Shown: piece by piece, positions 8,077 through 15,199 of the stretch
How positions within the stretch are numbered: position 1 is the first letter of the stretch
Layout of the letters: each line of letters starts with the position of its first letter
Assembly: GCA_040095065.1 (NCBI GenBank)
Contig: JBBNGO010000039.1
Span: forward strand, 1 to 24,729
Direction of reading: 5' to 3'
Length of the DNA: 24,729 bases
Origin: Hominicoprocola fusiformis
GTDB taxonomy: Bacteria; Bacillota; Clostridia; Oscillospirales; Oscillospiraceae
Translations under genes and position numbers: made by a program
Notes under the pieces: model-generated
The model's input: only the letters and a program-made list of their open reading frames with translations
Database searches by the model: none
What the model was told of the DNA's origin: nothing

Positions 8077-8466
8077 ATGGCGAATACGGTATTGCCGCTG
8101 AGCAGCGACATCTATCTCGAAGTCGACGGCAAAAAGGTGGCGGTGGTGCAGAGCTACACGACGAGAGCGACGCGCACGAGCCGCGAGATCGAGGCCTTTG
8201 GCGAAAACGAGCCGGTGGCGACGATCGCGGGCGCGAACAAGTACACGCTGGAGTTGAGCCGCCTGTACGCGACGGATGAGGCCATCAGCGACGGCATCAA
8301 CTTCTATGATCTGAACGACTTTTCGCTTGTGATCTGCAAGCCGGACAAGCGCATCATCTACTCGCAGTGCCGCTGGAGCAGCATTGAAGAGGCGGGCAAG
8401 CTCGGCGACCCGGCGGCGGAGAAGGTGACGATCATCGCGCGTAAGCGCATGGAGATCGCAAGCTGA
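8077..8466 (+). CDS. Tail tube protein (XkdM-like)
   Basis: 129 aa with a perfect RBS, AAGGAGG at 8064-8070, positioned after the sheath gene. Confidence 0.75.
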   Translation: MANTVLPLSSDIYLEVDGKKVAVVQSYTTRATRTSREIEAFGENEPVATIAGANKYTLELSRLYATDEAISDGINFYDLNDFSLVICKPDKRIIYSQCRWSSIEEAGKLGDPAAEKVTIIARKRMEIAS

Positions 8467-8849
8467 TGGACGAGCTTCTGCTGAACTTTTTGGGGCGCGA
8501 GCGGGAGAAGACGGTGCGCATCGGGGAGAGAACGTGCGCGATGCGGCTGCTTTCGGCCCGCGAGACGCTCTCGCTGCGGCGCGAGATCGCGCAGCTTGAC
8601 TGCGCCGACGAAGAAGAGCGTGCGTTGCGCGCGAACGCGGCGCTGCTCAAAAGAAGCCTGACGGAGGGCGGAGAGGCGGCCTTTGCAAGCGCGGAGGACG
8701 TTGAAAATGCACTGAGCGTCGGCGAGATCAACGAGCTGGTGCGGTGCTACGCGCTGCTTGACGGGGCGGAGAACCCGTCGAGCGAGGACGGGCGCGAGAA
8801 GGTGGAAGCGCTAAAAAAAGCATGGAGCACGCGCCCTACGAACGGCTGA
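8466..8849 (+). CDS. Tail assembly chaperone, short (G-like, XkdN position)
   Basis: 127 aa with a TGATG junction to the tube gene. The slippery site lies near its 3' end. Confidence 0.75.
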   Translation: MDELLLNFLGREREKTVRIGERTCAMRLLSARETLSLRREIAQLDCADEEERALRANAALLKRSLTEGGEAAFASAEDVENALSVGEINELVRCYALLDGAENPSSEDGREKVEALKKAWSTRPTNG

Positions 8850-9115
8850 AATGGCGCGTGCTCCGATATGCCGGCGCGCTGCCGAGCGAAAAGCGCGCGC
8901 AGGAGATGACGGACGCGGACTACCTCTATTGCCTTGTGCACGAGATGCTCGACCGCGAGGAGGCGATGGAGCGGCTGTGCCCCGAGTGCAGGACGCGCGC
9001 GGAGGAGGCACGGTGCAGCATTTGCGGCGCAAAGCTCGGCGAAACCGCAGGCGGCGGCAACGCGAGCTTTGATATGGCGCGCTTTATCCGCATGAAGGAG
9101 GGGCGAAAACCTTGA
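8466..9115 (+). CDS. Tail assembly chaperone, -1 frameshift fusion (GT-like). The frame changes at 8813-8819.
   Basis: The zero frame reads CTA AAA AAA GCA. A slip on A_AAA_AAA continues in the -1 frame as AGC ATG GAG... through ORF 8822..9115. That frame is open for at least 10 codons (back to 8786) before the site. Confidence 0.65.
8813..8864 (+). promoter_or_regulatory. Programmed -1 ribosomal frameshift signal (slippery heptamer plus stimulatory hairpin)
   Basis: A7 run at 8813-8819 in the A_AAA_AAA register. After a 4-nt spacer comes a perfect 12-bp GC-rich stem, GGAGCACGCGCC (8824-8835) paired with GGCGCGTGCTCC (8853-8864), with a 17-nt loop. Confidence 0.7.
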
Positions 9116-9663
9116 ATTACATCGAATGGGCGCTGCAAAGAGGCGCAGAGCTGTGGCGCGCGCGGGAAGAGGCGCTGAAAAAGCGCCTCTCCCTTGTGCC
9201 GGAGGGGACGGCGCAGAAAAAGGCGGCGGAGGCGCAGCTTTCGGAAGAGGAAGCCGCGGCGCAGGATGCGGAGATGAGCGGCGGCGCGGAAACTGTGGCA
9301 GAAGCAGCGGATGATCCGGTGGAGACGGCGGCGGTGCGGCTTGGGCAAAAGCTCGGGCTGGGTGCGACGCAAGAAGATGATGGCTCGGAGAGGGAGACGA
9401 CGTTTTCTGCCGATCTGGCGAGCACTGCGGCGGCGAACGCTGCGCTTCTGCGCGCGAGGGAGGCCGAGAGCGCGGACAATGCGTCCGACTGGATAAGAAA
9501 GCTCCTGAGCGCGGACGGCCGCGACGGGGCGAGCGCGGCGGCAGCGCGAGGGAAAAATGACTTTTCACTCGCGCAGGAGCAGGAGGTGCGCGAGACGGAG
9601 TCGTTTTCGCTGAGCTTAGAGCGCGACGCACGCCGATACGACGGCGGATTTTTATTTTACTGA
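9112..9663 (+). CDS. Protein in the tape-measure position (183 aa, Ala/Glu-rich, low complexity). Putative minimal tape measure.
   Basis: TTG start coupled to the upstream stop (TTGA at 9112-9115) with RBS GAAGGAGGGG. It lies between the chaperone pair and the LysM/XkdP-like gene, which is the XkdO slot. Confidence 0.45.
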   Translation: MNYIEWALQRGAELWRAREEALKKRLSLVPEGTAQKKAAEAQLSEEEAAAQDAEMSGGAETVAEAADDPVETAAVRLGQKLGLGATQEDDGSERETTFSADLASTAAANAALLRAREAESADNASDWIRKLLSADGRDGASAAAARGKNDFSLAQEQEVRETESFSLSLERDARRYDGGFLFY

Positions 9664-9678
9664 GAAAGGGGCGGGAGG

Positions 9679-10242
9679 ATGAACCTTGCACCGATGCGAT
9701 ACAAGGATTATGTCTGGCCGCACAACCCGGAGACCTACACCATCTCGTTCAAGCGGCAGGTGGCAGTGGCGAAGGTGCCGTTCGGGCGCTACGGGATGCA
9801 GGATCTCGGAATGAGCTACCGCGTGATGGAGGGCGAAGGCGTTTTTGCGGGGAAGGGCGCCTACGACGAGTTCAAAAAGCTGGCATCGGTCTTCTATCAG
9901 GGCGGGCCGGGGCTGCTGATCCATCCGGTGTGGCAGGCGTCGCAGGCGTACTTTGTGTTGCTGGAACTGGCGCAGCAGCCGCTTGAAAACTACGTGCGCT
10001 ACCGCTTTGCCTTCTGGGAGACGAGCCCACTCGATACGTCGCTCATCCGCGTGAGCGGCGGGAGCGGCAATGCGGGCACGGGGACGAAAACGGCGAGCTC
10101 GTACTACACGGTCAAGCGCGGCGACACGCTGTGGGGCATCGCGAACACGTATGGCGTGACGCTGACGGCGCTTTTGAACGTGAATCCGCAGATCAAAAAT
10201 CCCAACAGGATCGCCGTGGGAGAGCGGGTGACGCTGCCGTGA
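9679..10242 (+). CDS. LysM-domain tail or baseplate protein (XkdP-like)
   Basis: The C-terminal segment YYTVKRGDTLWGIANTYGVTLTALLNVNPQIKNPNRIAVGERVTLP is a canonical LysM motif. Confidence 0.85.
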   Translation: MNLAPMRYKDYVWPHNPETYTISFKRQVAVAKVPFGRYGMQDLGMSYRVMEGEGVFAGKGAYDEFKKLASVFYQGGPGLLIHPVWQASQAYFVLLELAQQPLENYVRYRFAFWETSPLDTSLIRVSGGSGNAGTGTKTASSYYTVKRGDTLWGIANTYGVTLTALLNVNPQIKNPNRIAVGERVTLP

Positions 10243-11180
10243 TGAAGGGGTATCTGACGACGTGCGACGGTGCGCAGTTTGAGCTGCCGACGCTGCTGAA
10301 GTGGGAATTTTCCTACACGGGAAGCGTGCCGTGCGACAGCTTTACGCTCAAGTGCGCGTATGAGCCCGCGATGGCGGAGGTGCTGCGGCGGGCGGTGCGC
10401 TTCACGGCGAGAGAGGACGGCACGGTCGAATTTGCGGGCGTTGTGGACGAGTGCGGCGTGACATGCGATGAAAAGGGCTTGCAGCTTGAGGTGAGCGGAC
10501 GCGGCATGGCGGCGCTGCTGCTCGACAATGAGGCAGAGAGCGTGAGCTATCAGTGGGCGACGATGGAGGAGATCCTCAAAAACCATGTGACGCCGTACGG
10601 CATCGTGTGCACGGGCTATGACGCGGTGACGGCTGCGGCACGGTACCGCGTGGCGAACGGGTCGAGCCAGTGGAAGGCGCTGAACGATTTTGCAGCGCTG
10701 CACGGAGGGATCGCACCGTATTTCGACAAGACGGGCGCGCTGGAGGTGAAGAAAAACCGCAAAGCCGCGCGCGTGAGCATTGACGCGAAAACGCCGGTGA
10801 CGGCGCTTTCCTACTGCGATAAGCGCTACGGCGTGATCGCCGAGGCACTGGTGGTGGACAGCAAGGCGGGCGTGAAGCAGAGCGTGAAAAACGAGGCGTT
10901 CTGTGCTCGCGGCGGCACGAGCAGGCGCGTATTTTACGTGCCGGCGCGCAGCGGCACGCAGGCAATGCGCTACACGGGGGAGTATCAGATCGCAAAGTCG
11001 AAGGAGGGCGCGGAGACGCTGCGCGTGACGATCGCGGGGCGGTTCACCGCCGCGCCGGGGGATATCGCGGCGGTGAGCGGGACGAAGATCGGCATCGCAG
11101 GCCATTTCCGCGTGATCGAGTGCGTGAGGCGCTTTGGCGAGAGCGGAGAGGCGTGTGAAGTGACGATGCAGAGGGAGTGA
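10242..11180 (+). CDS. Baseplate hub or late-control-D-like protein (XkdQ-like)
   Basis: 312 aa with a TGATG junction at 10240-10244. Size and synteny match XkdQ. The 10131 start in the ORF track is rejected. Confidence 0.6.
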   Translation: MKGYLTTCDGAQFELPTLLKWEFSYTGSVPCDSFTLKCAYEPAMAEVLRRAVRFTAREDGTVEFAGVVDECGVTCDEKGLQLEVSGRGMAALLLDNEAESVSYQWATMEEILKNHVTPYGIVCTGYDAVTAAARYRVANGSSQWKALNDFAALHGGIAPYFDKTGALEVKKNRKAARVSIDAKTPVTALSYCDKRYGVIAEALVVDSKAGVKQSVKNEAFCARGGTSRRVFYVPARSGTQAMRYTGEYQIAKSKEGAETLRVTIAGRFTAAPGDIAAVSGTKIGIAGHFRVIECVRRFGESGEACEVTMQRE

Positions 11181-11186
11181 GAGACG

Positions 11187-11567
11187 ATGTGGCTATCGAG
11201 AAAGCTAAGCCAGTATGAGATGCAGGACGTGGCCTCGGCACAGGACGGAACGGTGACGGTCGAGGGCGGTGAGCTGGCGGTATTCAGCAGCGGGGAAAAG
11301 CGCGAGGTGAAGACCGCCGCGCCCGGCGGCTATGAGTGGCAGCCGAAAAAGGGCGAGGATGTGCTGGTGGTGCGCGGCGGGACCTTTGGCGAGGAGGCCT
11401 ACGCCGTGGGCGCGGTGGGGCAGAGCGCGGACGACCTGGCACCCGGCGAGGTGCGCATTCGCTCCGCCGCAGCGGGGACGGAGATCGTGCTGCGCAACAA
11501 CGGGCGCATCGACATCAACGGGCTCCTTTTCATCAACGGGATGCCGTATCTGGGAATGGGAGGCTGA
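11187..11567 (+). CDS. Baseplate spike or plug protein (XkdR/gpV-like)
   Basis: 126 aa in the syntenic position. Confidence 0.5.
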   Translation: MWLSRKLSQYEMQDVASAQDGTVTVEGGELAVFSSGEKREVKTAAPGGYEWQPKKGEDVLVVRGGTFGEEAYAVGAVGQSADDLAPGEVRIRSAAAGTEIVLRNNGRIDINGLLFINGMPYLGMGG

Positions 11568-11569
11568 GG

Positions 11570-11923
11570 ATGGAGCTGAAGATCAAAGACCGCGATTATG
11601 TGGCCGACGGCGCGGGCGGGCTCGTGTGCGTGAGCGGCTGGGACGAGCTGCTCGAACGCGTGCTCTTTAAGCTGAGTGTGCGGCGCGGAAGCTTTGCGCT
11701 CGCACCGGAGCTTGGCAGCAAGCTGCACCTTTTATGGCGGGAAAAGGGCGAGAGCCGCGCGACGGCGGCAAAGCAATACGTGGCCGAGGCACTGGCGGAT
11801 GAAAAGGGTCTGAGCGTGACGGGCATGGAGCTTGCGGAAAAGAATGGATTTTTGGAGCTGCGCGTGCTGCTGCGCTATGAGAACGAAACGGGCGAGGCGG
11901 TCGTGACGATAGGGGGAGAGTGA
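11570..11923 (+). CDS. Baseplate wedge protein (XkdS/gp25/gpW-like)
   Basis: 117 aa, ATG at 11570 with RBS GGGAGG, directly before the baseplate J gene. Confidence 0.55.
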   Translation: MELKIKDRDYVADGAGGLVCVSGWDELLERVLFKLSVRRGSFALAPELGSKLHLLWREKGESRATAAKQYVAEALADEKGLSVTGMELAEKNGFLELRVLLRYENETGEAVVTIGGE

Positions 11924-11926
11924 AGA

Positions 11927-12994
11927 ATGGAAGAGCTGAACGCGATCTACGAGCGGATGCGCGCGATCTTTGCCGAGGAGGCGGGCTTTGTGCCGAACGA
12001 CGGCTGCGACGCGATGGTGCGCCTCTATGCGCTGGCGAGCGAGGTACAGTCGCTTCTGGCGCAGGCGGACTGGGTGCTGGATCAGAGCTTTCCGCAGACG
12101 GCGGTGGGGCAGTATCTCGACTATCACGCCGAGACGCGGGCGCTGACGCGCCTTCCCGCGGCGAAGGCGGCGGGTGTGCTGCGCTTTTCCGCGCCGTCGG
12201 CGGCGGTGACGGATTATGAGATCGACGCGGGAAGTGTGGCGATGACGAGCGGCGGCGTGCGCTTTGAGACGACGGAGAAGGCGACGCTTGCAAAGGGCGA
12301 AACGTATGTGGATGTGCCGGCGAGCGCCGTGGAGGCGGGGGCGAGCGGCAACGCCATCGCGGGCGCGATCCATCTGATGTCCGTGTATCCGGTGGGCATC
12401 ACGCAGTGCACAAATCCTGAGGCGTTTTCCGGCGGCAGCGACGAGGAGAGCGACGAAAAGCTGCGCGAGCGCGTACTAGCAAGCTACAAGCGCCTGCCGA
12501 ACGGTGCGAACGCGGCGTTTTACGAGCAGGAGGCGATGAGCTTTCCGAACGTGGCGGCGGCGAAAGCGGTCGGCCGCGCCCGCGGCATCGGCACGGTGGA
12601 TGTGTATGTTTCGACGCACGCGGGCGCGCCGGATGAGAAGCTGCTCGGCGAGATCGAGGCGGTCTTGCAGAAAAAGCGCGAGATCGCGGTGGATGTGGAG
12701 GTCAAGGCGCCGACAGAGAAGACCGTCAACATGAGCGCGGAGCTGACGGCGGAGCAGGGCTGGACGATACAGGAGATCACCGATGCGGCGACGGCGGCGC
12801 TGCAGGCGTACTTTACCGGTGAACGGCTGGGCGAGGCGGTGTATACGGCGAAGCTCGCGAGCATCCTCTACGGTGTGGAGGGCGTGAAGAACTGTCACCT
12901 GCTCACGCCGGACGAGGATGTGAGCGTGAGCGCGACGGAGCTACCGGTGCTCGGCACGGTGACGATCACGGAGATCGGGGCGGGTGAGGCATGA
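11927..12994 (+). CDS. Baseplate J-like protein (XkdT-like)
   Basis: 355 aa. Size and position are typical of the Baseplate_J family. Confidence 0.7.
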   Translation: MEELNAIYERMRAIFAEEAGFVPNDGCDAMVRLYALASEVQSLLAQADWVLDQSFPQTAVGQYLDYHAETRALTRLPAAKAAGVLRFSAPSAAVTDYEIDAGSVAMTSGGVRFETTEKATLAKGETYVDVPASAVEAGASGNAIAGAIHLMSVYPVGITQCTNPEAFSGGSDEESDEKLRERVLASYKRLPNGANAAFYEQEAMSFPNVAAAKAVGRARGIGTVDVYVSTHAGAPDEKLLGEIEAVLQKKREIAVDVEVKAPTEKTVNMSAELTAEQGWTIQEITDAATAALQAYFTGERLGEAVYTAKLASILYGVEGVKNCHLLTPDEDVSVSATELPVLGTVTITEIGAGEA

Positions 12995-13569
12995 CATATT
13001 ATGACTATCTCTGCCGCCTTTTGGAGCCGATGCGCGTTTATCGTACCGAGCGCGGCACGCTGAGCGGCGGAGAGCTGTACGCAGCGGGCGCGGCGCTGGA
13101 TGAAGCGGACGGCGCGATGGAATACGCCGAGCAGGAGGGCCTTTTGCAGACGGCGGAGGGCGAGGGCCTTGCAAGGCGGGAGAAGCTCTTTTCCCGCTGC
13201 CCGGTCAGCGTTTCGACTGCGCTGCGGCGCGAGGCCATCGCGGCGCTCGCGCGCATCAACGCCGACAGCTTCACGCTGGATGCGATCAACTCGACGCTCA
13301 GCGGCTGCGGCATCAAGGCGCTGGCGGAGGAGACGGAGAAAAAAGGAACGGTCAAGGTCTGGTTCCCGAACACCGTGGGCGTGCCGGATGAGTTTTCGCA
13401 GGTGGAGAGCATCATCCTCGATATCATCCCGTGCCATTTGCTGGTGGAGTTCTACTTCCGGTATCTGACGTGGCTCGAGTGCGAGAGAGTGGGATTCACG
13501 TGGCAGAGTGTGGAGGACGCGCACCACACGTGGGAGAGCTTTGAAAAGGCGGTGCCGGAGGAAGAATGA
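12991..13569 (+). CDS. Baseplate or tail protein (XkdU/gpI-like)
   Basis: 192 aa, ATGA-coupled to the J-like gene in the syntenic position. Confidence 0.5.
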   Translation: MTYYDYLCRLLEPMRVYRTERGTLSGGELYAAGAALDEADGAMEYAEQEGLLQTAEGEGLARREKLFSRCPVSVSTALRREAIAALARINADSFTLDAINSTLSGCGIKALAEETEKKGTVKVWFPNTVGVPDEFSQVESIILDIIPCHLLVEFYFRYLTWLECERVGFTWQSVEDAHHTWESFEKAVPEEE

Positions 13570-13862
13570 CGGAACAGGAGATCTCGGTCAAGCTGACGGA
13601 GACCGAGCAGCGCGCCAAGTCGAACACGCACCGCATCGAAAAGCTGGAACAGCAGCAGAAGGACCTGAATAAGCTGGTAACGGCAGTGGAGGTGCTCGCC
13701 TCGCGCGAAAAGGGCGTGGAGACGGACGTCAAGGAAATCAAGGCGGACGTGAAGACCATCACGCAGAAGGGCGGAAAGCGCTGGGATGCGATGATCGACC
13801 GCGTGCTGTACGTGCTCATCGGGGCGGCAATCTCCCTGCTGATGACAGGGGGGAGCTTATGA
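13566..13862 (+). CDS. XhlA-like membrane protein of the lysis module
   Basis: N-terminal coiled coil (EQRAKSNTHRIEKLEQQQKDLNKL) plus one C-terminal transmembrane helix (VLYVLIGAAISLLMTGG). ATGA-coupled. Confidence 0.6.
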   Translation: MTEQEISVKLTETEQRAKSNTHRIEKLEQQQKDLNKLVTAVEVLASREKGVETDVKEIKADVKTITQKGGKRWDAMIDRVLYVLIGAAISLLMTGGSL

Positions 13863-14131
13863 AAAGGAAACGCACGAGCTTTTCCAAACTGTTGCTGCTG
13901 CTCGAAAGCGCGATCGTGCTCTATACGACGTATCAGGGCTTCGGGATCGCGAAGCTCGCGATCGAACTGGGCTTTATGGGCACGCTTCCGTGGATTGCGA
14001 CGATGGTGACGGCGGCGTGGGGAGCTTACGGCACGAGCGCCGCGTGCTACTATGCCAAGGCAAAGGCGGAAAATACGGCGGGCGGCGTGACGTATGAAAC
14101 GGTGTGCCGCGGGCAGGACTGCGAGGGGTGA
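13859..14131 (+). CDS. Putative holin or lysis membrane protein (two predicted TM helices)
   Basis: Basic N-terminus MKRKRTS, with hydrophobic segments LLLLLESAIVLYTTY and LPWIATMVTAAWGAYG. ATGA-coupled. Confidence 0.5.
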   Translation: MKRKRTSFSKLLLLLESAIVLYTTYQGFGIAKLAIELGFMGTLPWIATMVTAAWGAYGTSAACYYAKAKAENTAGGVTYETVCRGQDCEG

Positions 14132-14137
14132 GAGAGC

Positions 14138-14329
14138 ATGGAGCTTTTGAAAAAGAGACTGGCGAATCTTTTGAGCGTGAAGAGCATCGTGACGCTGTGC
14201 CTGACGATCACGTTCTGTGTGCTGACGGTGCAGGCAAAGGTGACGCAGGAGTTTAACACGGCGTATCTCATGGTGATCGCGTTTTATTTCGGCACGCAGA
14301 ACGGCAAAAACGCGCAGGAGGAAACGTAA
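14138..14329 (+). CDS. Putative holin (63 aa, two TM helices, charged C-terminus)
   Basis: Hydrophobic segments IVTLCLTITFCVLTV and YLMVIAFYFG with the tail NGKNAQEET. Directly abuts the endolysin start (TAAATG). Confidence 0.6.
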   Translation: MELLKKRLANLLSVKSIVTLCLTITFCVLTVQAKVTQEFNTAYLMVIAFYFGTQNGKNAQEET

Positions 14330-14980
14330 ATGCGCCACAGCAGGAGCATCAGCGACCTGCGCGCGGACGTGGCGGAGAATTGCCGGACGCTGCTTATGCT
14401 CGCTGAGCGCGAGGGGTTGAGCGTTCTGGTGACGGAGACGGTGCGCGATGCGGAGTATCAGCGGATGCTCGCCGAGAAGGGCTACGCGGCCAAAGGAGCG
14501 GTGACGCCGTCGTTCCACGCCGAGCATGCAGGATTGGCCTTTGACATTTGCAAAAATGAGGTGGGGCACGAGTATGACGATCCCGCGTTTTTTGCGCGGA
14601 TGGGGGAGATCGGAAAGCGAGTCGGATTTTCCTGGGGAGGAGACTGGGGGAGCTTTCCCGACCGGCCGCATTTTCAGTGGGACGCGGGCGGAGTGTACAC
14701 GAGCGCGATGATCCGCGCGAAGCGCTATCCGCCGCCCATGCCGCGCTATGAGGAGGAAGAGATGACGCAGCAGCAGTTTGACGCGATGATGGAAAACTAC
14801 CTGAAAAGACTGGCGCAGCAGACGCCGGCGTCCTGGAGCGCGGAGGCGCGCGCCTGGGCGGAGAAAAACGGCCTGATCGCGGGTGATGAGGCGGGGAACA
14901 AACAGTACCGCAGCTTTTTGACGCGCGAGCAGATGGCCGTGCTGATGCAGCGCTACGACGCGATGCAGCGAGGCAAATGA
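14330..14980 (+). CDS. Endolysin: peptidase M15 (VanY/L-Ala-D-Glu peptidase-type) with a C-terminal SLH-like wall-binding segment
   Basis: Zn-ligand pattern SFHAEHAGLAFD ... DRPHFQW. The C-terminal WSAEARAWAEKNGLIAGDEAGNKQYRSFLTREQMAVLMQR resembles one SLH repeat. Confidence 0.8.
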   Translation: MRHSRSISDLRADVAENCRTLLMLAEREGLSVLVTETVRDAEYQRMLAEKGYAAKGAVTPSFHAEHAGLAFDICKNEVGHEYDDPAFFARMGEIGKRVGFSWGGDWGSFPDRPHFQWDAGGVYTSAMIRAKRYPPPMPRYEEEEMTQQQFDAMMENYLKRLAQQTPASWSAEARAWAEKNGLIAGDEAGNKQYRSFLTREQMAVLMQRYDAMQRGK

Positions 14981-14997
14981 CAGAATGGCAAATGAAA

Positions 14998-15029
14998 GCG
15001 CCGGAGGGGAGCCCCTCCGGTGCTTTTTT
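14998..15029 (+). terminator. Rho-independent terminator ending the phage-like cluster
   Basis: GCGCCGGAGGGG-AG-CCCCTCCGGTGC hairpin followed by TTTTTT (15024-15029), 18 nt after the endolysin stop. Confidence 0.8.
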
Positions 15030-15047
15030 GCGCTAATGAGCTGGAAA

Positions 15048-15067
15048 CTTGCAAGAATTCTTGCAAG
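15048..15067. promoter_or_regulatory. Perfect 20-bp palindrome CTTGCAAGAATTCTTGCAAG. Candidate regulator binding site upstream of the gct promoter.
   Basis: The sequence equals its own reverse complement and contains two copies of the 8-bp palindrome CTTGCAAG. It sits about 105 bp upstream of the -35 element. Confidence 0.35.
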
Positions 15068-15170
15068 ATCTGGAGATTTTGGAGAAGAAGACAAAAATGA
15101 CTACACGGAAACGACAAAAAGCGAGAACAAAATTTGTTCAGTTTTTTTTCACTTTCCATGCGGGTTTTCA

Positions 15171-15199
15171 TTGATTTTGCGAGGAAGTTCCTCTATAAT
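15171..15199 (+). promoter_or_regulatory. Sigma-A type promoter of the hydroxyglutarate operon
   Basis: TTGATT (15171-15176), a 17-nt spacer, then TATAAT (15194-15199), in an AT-rich region. It leaves a ~105-nt leader before gctA. Confidence 0.7.

Larger units (their letters stand above)
622..14980 (+). mobile_element. PBSX-syntenic phage-derived cluster for head, contractile tail and lysis. Candidate GTA-like or defective-prophage particle system.
   Basis: About 26 co-directional ORFs in canonical late-operon order. Most junctions overlap as ATGA or TGATG. The cluster is bounded by terminators at 457-528 and 14998-15029. Confidence 0.85.

Noticed and set aside
9112-9663. Considered whether this low-complexity ORF is non-coding, with the alternative frames 9126..9314, 9311..9496 or antisense 9117..9479 being real.
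   Set aside because: It has a strong RBS, is stop-start coupled to the chaperone extension, and fills the gap exactly to the next RBS at 9668-9676. The alternative frames lack start signals and are Arg/Gly junk. It is kept as a CDS with uncertain function.
13496-15094. 532-aa ORF on the minus strand. Similar long antisense ORFs lie at 15327..16922, 17204..19231, 19954..21417, 23443..24654, 6956..8053, 4357..5292, 8747..9691, 10104..11105 and 11732..12373.
   Set aside because: Each lies exactly antisense to a well-supported plus-strand gene. Their translations are Arg/Ala/His/Leu-rich low-complexity sequences with no recognisable motifs. Stop-poor antisense frames are expected in high-GC coding DNA.
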